DNA of 64,000 bases, taken from contig CAVUMW010000019.1 in assembly GCA_963742635.1 (NCBI GenBank), positions 270,479-334,478 on the forward strand. The letters are read 5' to 3'. Source of the stretch: an uncultured Actinomycetes bacterium. GTDB taxonomy: Bacteria > Actinomycetota > Thermoleophilia > Gaiellales > Gaiellaceae. The notes below the pieces were generated by a model, which saw nothing but the letters and a program-made list of their open reading frames with translations, did no database searches and was not told where the DNA came from. The first letter of the stretch is position 1; the number at the start of each line of letters is the position of its first letter. Positions 31,333 to 40,387 of the stretch are shown here, piece after piece. The position numbers and the translations under genes are program-made.

Positions 31333-32210
31333 CCCTTTACCCCGGTCAAGGTCACGCCCTCGACGAACGCCCGCTGGGCGAGGAAGAAGACGATGATCAC
31401 CGGCGCCATGAAGAGCAGCGTCGCGGCCATCGTCAGGTTCCACTGCACCTGGTAGATCGTGCGGAACTGTGCCAGGCCGAGCGACAGCGTCCAGTGCTGC
31501 GGGCTCTCGCTCGTGTACAGGAGCGGCCCGAAGAAGTCGTTGAAGCAGAAGAGGAACTCGAAGAGCGCGACGGCCGCGATCGCCGGCTTCGCGAGCCGCA
31601 GGAAGACCGAGACGAGGATCCGAAGCTCGCCGCATCCGTCGACCCGAGCCGCGTCCGAGTACTCCTCGGGAATGGTCAGGAAGAACTGGCGCAGGAGGAA
31701 GATCGAGAACGCGTCGCCCAGGAAGTTCGGGATGATCAGCGGCCAGAGCGAGCCGATCAGGTGGAGCTTCGAGAAGAGGACGTAGACCGGGATGACCGTG
31801 ATCTGGACAGGCAGCATCATTGCGATCAGCACGAGGATGAAGGCGACGTCTCGGCCCTTCCAGCGCAGCCGCGAGAGGGCATAGGCGACCGGGATGCTCG
31901 AGACGAGCACGCCGACGGTCGCCAGCACCGCGTAGATCGTCGTGTTCAGCGCGTAGCGCCAGATCGGCGCCGTGTGGAACACGTCCGTGAAGTTGGCCCA
32001 TCGGAACGGGCTCGGCCAGAGCCTGGGCGAGAGCGCCTGCTCGTTCGTCATCAGCGACGTGAGCACGATGAAGGCGAACGGCGCGAGGAACATGATCGAC
32101 ACGGCGATCAGCAAGGAGTGATCGGCGACCGAGATCAGGAGCCGCTTGCGGCGCACGGCCGCCGGCGGCTTGCGCCGCTCGAGCGCCACGGCCGGTGCGG
32201 CCGTGCTCAT
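31329..32210 (-). CDS. Carbohydrate ABC transporter permease (MalG-like); in-frame with the upstream permease
   Basis: Starts MSTAAPAV. 6 TM and an EAA-like loop (EEYSDAARVDGCGELRIL). No stop separates it from the preceding permease within the 625-aa ORF 31,329-33,206. Confidence 0.85.
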   Translation of the reverse strand: MSTAAPAVALERRKPPAAVRRKRLLISVADHSLLIAVSIMFLAPFAFIVLTSLMTNEQALSPRLWPSPFRWANFTDVFHTAPIWRYALNTTIYAVLATVGVLVSSIPVAYALSRLRWKGRDVAFILVLIAMMLPVQITVIPVYVLFSKLHLIGSLWPLIIPNFLGDAFSIFLLRQFFLTIPEEYSDAARVDGCGELRILVSVFLRLAKPAIAAVALFEFLFCFNDFFGPLLYTSESPQHWTLSLGLAQFRTIYQVQWNLTMAATLLFMAPVIIVFFLAQRAFVEGVTLTGVKG

Positions 32211-33206
32211 CGTCCGCCCTGCTCCCTGGTAGAAGACCCAGAGCCGGGAGCTGCGCAGGATCAGGAGCGTGACCGCGAGCGCGACGACGAGCAGGAGCAT
32301 CGCCATCGCCGACGCGTAGCCCATGTTGAAGTAGCGGAATCCCTGCTGGTAGAGGAGCACGGGGTAGAAGAGCGTCGAGTCCTCCGGATAGCCGAGGTTC
32401 GTGGCGCTCTCGGACGCCGCCGCGCCCTGCGCGACGCCGGCGGCGACGTACGCCTGCGTGAAGTACTGCATGCTGTCGATCACCCCGATCACGACCGCGA
32501 ACAGGATCACCGGGCTGATCGACGGGAGCGTCACGTAGCGGATGCGCTGGAGCGGGCCCGCGCCGTCGAGCTGCGACGACTCGTAGAGGTGGCGGGGCAC
32601 GTCGATCACCGCGGCCAGGAAGATGATCATCAGGTTCCCGACCCCCCAGAGCCCGAGCAGGGTCAGCGACGGCTTCGACCACGACGGCGAGTTGAACCAG
32701 AGCGGGCCCTGGATGCCGAGGTGGCCGAGGGCGATGTTCACGGGGCCCGTCGCCGGGTTCAGCAGGTAGACGAACGCGAGCGTCGCCGCGACCACCGGGG
32801 CGAGCGCGGGGAGATAGAAGACCGTGCGGAAGAACCCGATCCCGCGTCGCGCGCGCGAGAGCATGAGCGCGACTCCGAACGCGAAGATGACCTGGAGCGG
32901 GACGAAGAAGACCATCAGCCAGAGCGTGTTCTTGACCGCCGGCCACACCTGCTGGTCCTGCTGGAACAGGAACTTGTAGTTCGCGAGCCCGACCCAGCGC
33001 GGCGACGAGAGCAGGTCGTAGTGCGTGAACGAGAGGAACAGGCTCGAGACGAGCGGGTAGCCGAAGAACGCCGTGAAGCCCACGAGCCAGGGGCTCATCA
33101 GGAGCAGCACGAGCCCTCGGCGCCGCCAGGCGGCCCGCTTCTTTGCCTTCAGGCGCGCGACCGCCGCCGGCCCGGTGAGGGCGAAGACACCCTCAGCCGA
33201 GCTCAC
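32211..33206 (-). CDS. Carbohydrate ABC transporter permease (MalF-like); reads through into the next permease
   Basis: Starts MSSAEGVF. 6 TM and an EAA loop (LYESSQLDGAGPLQRIRYVTLP). It ends ...SRLWVFYQGAGRT directly before the ATG of the next permease. Confidence 0.8.
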
Positions 33207-34537
33207 GGCACGTTGCTTCCGGCCTGCTCGAGCGCTGCGTTGATCTGCTTGTCCACGTTCGCGATCCCGTCATGGAGATCTTCGTCCTTCACGTGCCCCG
33301 CCTGCCACTTCTCCAGGAACGACGCGAAGAGCGTCTGGTTCTGCGCGCCGATCGAGAGCACCGGCTGGGTGCTCGACTTCGGGTTGGCGAAGACGTTCAG
33401 GAACGTCTTGAACCTGGGGTCGAGCTTGAGCTCCGGCGACTTCAGCGACGCGAGCGTGGACGGGATGTTCTGCAGCCCGTTCGCCATCTGGGCGAGCGTC
33501 GTCGGGTCGGTCGAGAAGTACTTCAGGAAGAGCCACGCCGGGTCCGGGTGCTTCGCGCCCTTCGGCAGGCCCATGATCGTCCCGATCACGAAGCCCGTGC
33601 CGTAGAGGTCCGGCTTCGAGACGGGCAGCGGCGCGGTCCCGAAGTCGAGCTTCGGCGCCTCGGCCTTGATGAAGCCGATTCGGTACTCGCCGTCGAGGTT
33701 CATCGCGACCTTGCCGGTCTCGAAGGCGTTCGAGGCCGAGAACTCGTCACCCGAGCTCGCCTGCCAGCGGACGAGGTTGTCGTACCCGTACCAGTCGACG
33801 AGCTTCTTCTGCCAGCGGGCCATCTCTTCCCAGCCGGGACTGTCGGCGAGGCCCGACTTGTCGCCGTTCATCCAGGTCGCGCCCCACATCGGCCCCCAGT
33901 GGACCGGCGCGTTCTCGTACCAGCCCATCAGCGGATCGAAGCCGACGACCTTCAGCGAGCCGTCCGGATTGCGGACCGTGAGCTTCTTCGCGTCCGCGGC
34001 CAGCTCGTCGACGGTCTTCGGCGGGCCGGCGATGCCCGCATCGGCGAGCATCTTCTTGTTGTAGTAGAGGCCGTACGAGTCGGCCAGGAAGGGAAGCGCG
34101 CACCGCTTGTCCTTGTACGCGGTGTAGTCGCGGATCGTCTTCGGGAACTGGTTCATGTCGAACTTGTCCGCGTCGATGTAGCGGTTCAGGTCCTGCCAGG
34201 CTCCCGAGTTGCAGAACGCGCCGAGGTTGTCGGTCTCGAACATCGAGGCCACGTCCGGCGGGTTGCCGGCGTGGATCGCGGCGGTCAGCTTGTCGGCCGT
34301 GATCGCGCCGACGCTCTTGACCGTGATCCACGGGTACCTCTTGTGGAACTTCGCGAGCCCCGCGTTCATGACCTTGAGCTCGCGCGCGGTGAAGGGGCTC
34401 CAGAACGTGAGCGTGACCGGGGTCTTGTCCGTCGCCGCGGTGTCCTTCGACGACGAGTTCTTCGAGCCGCCGCCTCCGCAGCCGGCCAGAGCCAGCGCAC
34501 CCAGGACGACGGACAGTGCAGCGATGACGCGGATCAT
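33203..34537 (-). CDS. ABC transporter extracellular sugar-binding lipoprotein (family 1 SBP)
   Basis: I prefer the ATG (MIRVIAALSVVLGALALAGCGGG lipobox) because GAGGAGG lies 6 nt upstream. The ORF track starts 15 nt further up at a GTG (34,552). Confidence 0.85.
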   Translation of the reverse strand: MIRVIAALSVVLGALALAGCGGGGSKNSSSKDTAATDKTPVTLTFWSPFTARELKVMNAGLAKFHKRYPWITVKSVGAITADKLTAAIHAGNPPDVASMFETDNLGAFCNSGAWQDLNRYIDADKFDMNQFPKTIRDYTAYKDKRCALPFLADSYGLYYNKKMLADAGIAGPPKTVDELAADAKKLTVRNPDGSLKVVGFDPLMGWYENAPVHWGPMWGATWMNGDKSGLADSPGWEEMARWQKKLVDWYGYDNLVRWQASSGDEFSASNAFETGKVAMNLDGEYRIGFIKAEAPKLDFGTAPLPVSKPDLYGTGFVIGTIMGLPKGAKHPDPAWLFLKYFSTDPTTLAQMANGLQNIPSTLASLKSPELKLDPRFKTFLNVFANPKSSTQPVLSIGAQNQTLFASFLEKWQAGHVKDEDLHDGIANVDKQINAALEQAGSNVP

Positions 34538-34571
34538 CGAGAGCCTCCTCACCCAGGATTTCTCGTTAAGT

Positions 34572-34585
34572 ACCTTTACAAAGGT
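34572..34585. promoter_or_regulatory. Candidate operator in the divergent SBP/ROK promoter region
   Basis: Inverted repeat ACCTTT-AC-AAAGGT in the only AT-rich stretch (34,553-34,657) between the operon and its ROK regulator. Confidence 0.3.
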
Positions 34586-34657
34586 GATAGATAACGCACG
34601 CGGAGTCCGGAGTCAACTCGCATCTGTCCACGAGATTTGGTAAGGCTTCTTGACGAG

Positions 34658-35830
34658 ATGGCCGAAACGACTCCTCGGACGTCGGCGGCGCCGCCGCTCC
34701 TCAAGCGCCTCAACGAGCAGACGGTCCTCGAGCTCGTGCGCGACCTCGCTCCGGTCTCGCGGGCGGAGATATCGCGGCGGGCCGGGATCTCGAAGCCGAC
34801 CGTCTCGCTCGCGCTCCGCTCGCTGGTCGAGGCCGGGCTCGTGCGCGAGAGCGCCGAGGCTCCGAGCGGGCCGAGCTACGGCGCCGTCTACTTCGAGCCG
34901 GTCCCCGAGGCGGCGCTCGTCCTCGGGCTCGACCTCGGTGCACGGTTCCTGCGCGGTGCGATCTGCGACCTCAGCGGCACGATCCGCGCGCGTCAGGACG
35001 TCGAGCTCCAGGGCGCCGACGCGGAGCGGGCACTCGCGGCCGTGGCCGAGCTGCGCGACGCGCTCGTCGCGGCGGCGGACCTGCCCGGCGACCTGATCGA
35101 CGGAGTCGTCGTCGGCGTGCCGGGCGTCACCGGGGCCGCAGACGGAACGCTCCAGCTGGCCGCGAACGTGCCCGGGCTCGAGGGCCGGCCCTTCGAGGCC
35201 GAGCTCGAGGCGCGCCTCGGCCTGCCGATCACGCTCGAGAACGACATCAACCTTGCGGCGCTCGGCGAGCGCTGGCTTGGGGTTGCGCGCGGCGTCGACG
35301 ACTTCGTCTTCCTTTCCGTCGGGACCGGCATGGGGGCCGGGATCGTGCTCCGCGGCGAGCTCCACACCGGGCGGCACGGCTTCGCCGGGGAGATCGACTT
35401 CGCCCTCGACGCACTCGACGAGGACGTCGACCCGTCCGCTCCCCAGATCGCCGAGCTCGCGGCCGGGGTCGCAGAGCGGCACGAAGAGACGAGCCTGCGG
35501 GCGCCCTTCGAGGCGCGTTCGGTGTTCGACGCCGCCCGCCAGGGCGACGAGGCGGCGCAGCTCGTCGTGGCCGAGGTCGGCCGGCGGATCGCGCTGCATC
35601 TCGCGCCGGTCGCCGCGGTCGTCGACGTCGAGCTCGTCGTCCTCGGAGGCGGGATCGGCTCGAACGGCGATCTCCTGCTCGAGCCGGTCCGGCAGCTCCT
35701 CGCCTCGTGGCTGCCCTACCCGCCGCAGGTCGAGGTGTCGACCGTCGGCGAGGCCGCGGTGCTCGCGGGGGCCCTCGCGGTGGGCGTTCGGGCCGCGCTC
35801 GAGAACGTCGCGCGCACGCAGGTGGCTTGA
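34658..35830 (+). CDS. ROK-family transcriptional repressor (NagC/Mlc-like)
   Basis: N-terminal wHTH (LNEQTVLELVRDLAPVSRAEISRRAGISKPTVSLALRSL) plus ROK sugar-kinase-like domain (LENDINLAALGE, GTGMGAGIV). A TTG at 34,637 is an alternative start. Confidence 0.85.
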   Translation: MAETTPRTSAAPPLLKRLNEQTVLELVRDLAPVSRAEISRRAGISKPTVSLALRSLVEAGLVRESAEAPSGPSYGAVYFEPVPEAALVLGLDLGARFLRGAICDLSGTIRARQDVELQGADAERALAAVAELRDALVAAADLPGDLIDGVVVGVPGVTGAADGTLQLAANVPGLEGRPFEAELEARLGLPITLENDINLAALGERWLGVARGVDDFVFLSVGTGMGAGIVLRGELHTGRHGFAGEIDFALDALDEDVDPSAPQIAELAAGVAERHEETSLRAPFEARSVFDAARQGDEAAQLVVAEVGRRIALHLAPVAAVVDVELVVLGGGIGSNGDLLLEPVRQLLASWLPYPPQVEVSTVGEAAVLAGALAVGVRAALENVARTQVA

Positions 35831-35881
35831 GCGCGACGGTTCCCGCTTGGCGCGCGGGCGGAATCGAGTTAGAACCTACGC

Positions 35882-37405
35882 GTGCGGTGGGGGAAGGGCG
35901 CCATCCGGCTGGCGTGCGTGGGGGCAGGACTGCTCGTCCTGCAGGCTGCAGGAGCAGGCCCTGGCTCGACGACGCGCGTCAGCACGGCGACCGGCGGCGG
36001 GCAGGGGGACGGCAGCAGCTTCGTGCCGGCGATCAGCGCCGACGGCCGGTTCGTCGCGTTCTACTCCGACGCGTCGAACCTCGTCCAGGGGGACACGAAC
36101 GGTGCGCGCGACGTCTTCGTCCGCGACCTGCAGACGGGCGAGACGACGCGCGTCAGCGTCAGCAGCTCCGGCGCCGAGGCGAACGGCGACAGCTTTGCCC
36201 CGGCACTGAGCGCCGACGGGCGGTACGTCGCGTTCTCGTCGGCGGCCACGAACCTCGTCGACGGCGACACGAACGACGCGAACGACATCTTCATCCGCGA
36301 TCGCCAGGCGAACACGACCACGCGGGTCAGCGTCGGCTTCGACGGCAGCCAGTCGAACGGCGGCAGCGACCAGCCGTCCCTGAGCGGCGACGGGCGCATG
36401 GTCGCGTTCACATCCACGGCCTCGAACATCGTCAACGGAGACGCCAACAACCAGCGCGATGCCTTCGTATACGACCGCCAGACGGGCACCGCGGTCGACG
36501 TGAGCGTTGACTCGAACGGCGTGCAGGGGGATCTGGAGAGCTCCTCGCCCGTCCTCAGCGCGGACGGCAAGTTCGTCGCCTACTCGTCCTTCGCGGACAA
36601 CCTGATCCCGGACGACCAGAACGAGGGCGGCGACATCTTCGTCCGCGACCTGCAGGCGAACACGACCGAGCGCGTCAGCGAGTACACCGGCCACTTCGAG
36701 GCCGAGGGCGACAGCCAGCGTCCGTCGATCAGCGCGGACGGCCGCTACGTCGCCTTCGACTCGGACGACTGGGATCTCGTCTGGGGCGATACGAACGACT
36801 CCTTCGACGTGTTCGTCAACGACCGCGCGACGACGGTCACGACCCGCGTGAGCGTGGACGACTCGGGCACTCAGTCGAACAGCGACAGCTTCCGGCCGTC
36901 GCTCAGCGCCGACGGGCGCTACGTCGCCTTCTACTCGGAGGCGTCGAACCTCGTTCCCGGCGACTCGAACGGCGCGACCGACGTGTTCGTCTACGACCGT
37001 CGAAGCGGTGCGACGAAGCGCGTGAGCGTCGCTGCCGGTGGACAGGAGTCGAACGGCGACAGCGTCCGACCGGCCATCGGCGGTAACGGGCACCTCGCCG
37101 TCTTCGAGTCGGACGCCTCGAACCTCGTTCCCGGGGACTCGAATGGCTTCACGGACGTCTTCGTTCGCGACCCGCTCGGAGTCCCGCCGCCCGCGCCGCC
37201 GGTCAAGTGCGTGGTCCCGCGTGTGCTCGGGATGCGCCTCGCGGTCGCGCGCAAGAAGATCGGCCGCGCCAATTGCACGACCGGCAGCGTGCGCCGGGCG
37301 CGTTCGGCGAAGACCCGGGTCGGGAAGGTGCTCTTGCAGAGCCCGAAGGCCGGTGCGGTGCGCAAGCGCGGGACGAAGGTCAACCTCGTCGTCGGCCGGG
37401 GCTGA
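35882..37405 (+). CDS. Secreted 8-repeat PD40/TolB-like beta-propeller protein with C-terminal PASTA domain
   Basis: Signal peptide. Eight ~48-aa repeats of the form S(A/G)DGR.VAF.S.A.NLV.GDTN...D(V/I)FV.D...G.T.RVSV. The C-terminus VVPRVLGMRLAVARKKIGRANCTTGSV...GTKVNLVVG is PASTA-like. Confidence 0.75.
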   Translation: MRWGKGAIRLACVGAGLLVLQAAGAGPGSTTRVSTATGGGQGDGSSFVPAISADGRFVAFYSDASNLVQGDTNGARDVFVRDLQTGETTRVSVSSSGAEANGDSFAPALSADGRYVAFSSAATNLVDGDTNDANDIFIRDRQANTTTRVSVGFDGSQSNGGSDQPSLSGDGRMVAFTSTASNIVNGDANNQRDAFVYDRQTGTAVDVSVDSNGVQGDLESSSPVLSADGKFVAYSSFADNLIPDDQNEGGDIFVRDLQANTTERVSEYTGHFEAEGDSQRPSISADGRYVAFDSDDWDLVWGDTNDSFDVFVNDRATTVTTRVSVDDSGTQSNSDSFRPSLSADGRYVAFYSEASNLVPGDSNGATDVFVYDRRSGATKRVSVAAGGQESNGDSVRPAIGGNGHLAVFESDASNLVPGDSNGFTDVFVRDPLGVPPPAPPVKCVVPRVLGMRLAVARKKIGRANCTTGSVRRARSAKTRVGKVLLQSPKAGAVRKRGTKVNLVVGRG

Positions 37406-37408
37406 GCG

Positions 37409-38099
37409 CTACTTGCCCGGGATCGTGCCGGGTGCGTTCGCGTAGCAGCTCTGCGCGAGCCCGCGCGGGTGTCCTGCGGCGGCGGCCGCGTAGTTCGCCC
37501 TGATCGAGTCGAGGCCGCCGTCGTGAGCGAAGACCACGTACGGCACCTTGGGCGGATTCGGCGGCGTGTAGTTCTCGGAGGCACCGGCCGGCGCCTCGAG
37601 GATGTTGTGCGCGAGCAATGCGCTCAGTGCGGCGTGAGCCCGTCCCTGGGCGGCGGTGTCGCCGGTCCGGATCGCCCGCACCCAGTAGCACTCCCACGCG
37701 TTCTGCGCGTTCAGGACTGCGATTCCACCGCCGGCGCCTCGACCGGTGACGCTGTTCGCGGGGCCGAGGTGGTAGCGGGGCCAGGTCGCCCCCGGCGGCA
37801 GCTCGAGCCGGCTCTGCGCGGCGAGGTACTCGGCGCTCGTCACGTCCGGGCCGACGACGTCGGTGCCGACGAGCCGCGAGATCGCGAACGCCGTCGAGGC
37901 GAGGAGGGCGGCGACCGCGAAGGCGATGGCGAGCGCCAGCCCGCGCCGGCGGAAGAGCGGCTTGCGCTTGCGCTGCCGTCAGCCTCGGATCGCCGGGGCT
38001 CGCCGTGATCTCCTTGAAGAGGTCGAAGGAGTCGGTCAGCACGACCAGCGGCTCCGGGTTAGCGGCTTGCAGGCGGGTGAGAAGCGCGTCGCTCTTCAT
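37409..38099 (-). pseudogene. Putative anti-sigma factor/membrane protein, one frameshift near 37,965-37,985
   Basis: The ATG overlaps the ECF sigma stop (ATGA). The N-terminus MKSDALLTRLQAANPEP... is in one frame. The TM segment RKRKPLFRRRGLALAIAFAVAALLASTAFAI and the extracytoplasmic domain (TSAEYLAAQ...) are in another. Confidence 0.45.
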
Positions 38100-38617
38100 G
38101 TCCTCTCCATGGTCAGCTTGGTGTCGGGTGCGGTCGCGATTTCGGCGAGCTTCGCCTCGACTCGACGGCGGGCTCGTAGCAGGCGCACGCGGAACGCCGT
38201 CGGCTTGATGCCGAGCGCGCGTGCGGCCTCCGCCGGGGTCAGCTCCTCCCAGGCGGTCAGGAGGAGGGCCTCGCGGTCGAGCGGCGAGAGCTCGCTCAGG
38301 GCTGAGGCGAGCTGTGGATCGAGCTCGAAGACCTCGGGCGAGGCGATTTGCTCGACGAGCTCGTGCTCGTGGCGCCGTGCCGTCGCGACCTTGCGCGACT
38401 CGGCGAGCAGGAGGTTGCGCGCGGTCGCGTAGAGCCAGGGCCGCGGATCGTCCTCGGGCACGTCGGCGAGGCGTCGCCAGGCGATGGTCATCACCTCGGC
38501 CGCGAGCGCGTCCGCGTCGAGACTCCCGCGTCGGCGAGCGTAGGCCCTGATCGCGCCGAGGTGGGAGAACACGGGGCGGAACCGCGCTTCGGGAGTCCCA
38601 GTCGATTGCACGGCCAT
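38096..38617 (-). CDS. ECF-type RNA polymerase sigma-70 family factor
   Basis: 173 aa. Region 2 (EVMTIAWRRL...PWLYATARN) and region 4 HTH (LSPLDREALLLTAWEELTPAEAARALGIKPTAFRVRLLRARRRV). Confidence 0.8.
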   Translation of the reverse strand: MAVQSTGTPEARFRPVFSHLGAIRAYARRRGSLDADALAAEVMTIAWRRLADVPEDDPRPWLYATARNLLLAESRKVATARRHEHELVEQIASPEVFELDPQLASALSELSPLDREALLLTAWEELTPAEAARALGIKPTAFRVRLLRARRRVEAKLAEIATAPDTKLTMERT

Positions 38618-38665
38618 ACCTCTATCTGTCCCGAGGCGCCTCTTGCGTTACACCTCGGCCGGTAG

Positions 38666-40343
38666 TCACGCGGCGCGGGGCAGGCTCCTGCGACCGAGGT
38701 GCTCCCCGATCCGTTCGGGATCGAGCGGGAGCACGGCCAGCTCGGGCGGAGGACGTCGAATGAAGCCGTGCAGGAGCATGAGGTCCTCGGCCTCGCCCGC
38801 GGTCAGCGGGTCGTCCGGCTCGGCGGCGGATCGGCAGAGCGCGATGCCGGCTTCGATCTCGAGTCGCGCGCCCGCGCCGGGTGGCAGCGGGCGGACCGCA
38901 CGGACCGCGCCTCCGGAGACGAAGAACGCCTTCTGCCACCCCGGCTCCACGGCCGGCGCGATCAGGCACAGCTCGAGCCGCCGGAGCCGGTCCAGGCGGC
39001 GCAGGCGCTCGACGACCTTCTCCAGCGCGTCGATCCGGTCGCGCAACCGCGCCGCCTCCTCGTAGCGCTGGCTCTCGGACAGGTGGTCGAGCCGCGCGCG
39101 CAGGCGCGGCAGCGGACCGTCCTGGAGCAGGCCGTCGAGCTCCTCGTCCGTGCAGGAAGCGAGCGCACGCGCGGCGAGCGCAGCTTGCCGCCGCGAGCCG
39201 ATCGGCCCAAGCGGGCCCGGCTTCTTGGAGACGACGAACTCGTCGCCACGGCGCCGCAGGTAGACGCCCTGCTCTTTCCTACGCCCGCGCGAGTTGGCCG
39301 GCGGCTCCAACTCCCGGATCAGTCGCAACTCCTCCAGCGCCGCCTCGAGCTCGGAGCCGAGCACGCGCCACTCGATCCGGGCCAGAGCGAGCAGTGCCGC
39401 CTCGACCGACGGCCGCTGGCGGTCGCTCCGGAAGTACGAGCGGAGCCGGGCGCGCAGGTCACGGGCGCGGCCGACGTAGAGCACCTGGTCGTGCCCGTCG
39501 CGGAACAGGTACACGCCCGGCTCTGCTCGGAGCGCCGCGGGCCAGGTGCCGCTTCCCGTGCACTCTGCGCGTGCGGGGCGCGGCCAGGCCGCGCAGCTCC
39601 GACAGCGTCCTCGCGCCGCGTTCCTGGGCGAGCCCGATCAGGTGCACGAGCACCTGGGCCGTCGCCTCGGCGTCGGGCAGCGCGCGGTGACAGGGCTGCG
39701 TCGGAACGCCGAAGAAGTGCGCGAGCGAGGCCAGCCCCACGCGGCGGAGCCGTCCTTCGAGCAGGCGGCGCGCGAGCGCGGCCGTGCAGAGCGGGGGCTC
39801 GGACAGTCGCCGGTCGCCCAGCTGCTGTTCGAGGAAGCGCTGGTCGAACCGCGCGTTGTGCGCCACGAGCAGGTCGTCGCCCGCGAACGCGAGGAAGCGG
39901 CGCAGCACGCTCGAGATCGACGGCGCGCCTCGAAGCTCCTGCTCGCGCAGGCCCGTGAGCCGCGCGATCGGCTCCGGGAGCGCGACCCGCGGATTGACGA
40001 GCGACTGGAACGAGCCCACGAGCTCGAGCCCCCGCACGCGCACCGCGCCGATCTCGCAGATCTGGTCGCGCCCGGCCGCGAGCCCGGTCGTCTCGAGGTC
40101 GAAGACGACGAGCTCGGCTTCCTCGAGCAGCGGGTCCGGGAGGCCGCCGACGAGCGAGACCGTGGTGCCCGTGCAGACGACGCGGCTGTCGCCGGCGGTG
40201 ACCTCTTCGAGCAGCGATCGGGCCAGGCCGTCGGGGATCGAGGACGTGGCGAAGAGGGCGCGAGCCGCCTCGACGACGGACAGCGTCCCCCGCTCCTCGA
40301 GCGTGTCCACGAGCCGGTCGAGTGCGTCGAGGGCCAACTGCAC
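38666..40343 (-). pseudogene. DEDD (DnaQ-like) exonuclease fused to GIY-YIG (UvrC/Cho-like) nuclease, one frameshift at ~39,520-39,530
   Basis: The N-terminal ORF (39,459-40,343) has ExoI VVFDLETTG, ExoII LVAHNARFD and ExoIII HRALPDAEAT. The downstream ORF (38,666-39,514) has (E)PGVYLFRDGHDQVLYVGRARDLRARLRSYF. The two join if one nt is removed near AGCAGAGCC. Confidence 0.8.
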
Positions 40344-40357
40344 CTCTCAGATGAAAG

Positions 40358-40371
40358 CGAACATACGTTCG
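40358..40371. promoter_or_regulatory. LexA (SOS/Cheo-type) box upstream of the exonuclease-GIY-YIG gene
   Basis: Perfect palindrome CGAAC-ATAC-GTTCG, 15 nt upstream of the GTG start. It matches the Gram-positive/actinobacterial GAAC-N4-GTTC consensus. Confidence 0.7.
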
Positions 40372-40387
40372 TCTTGCAACCCTCGGA

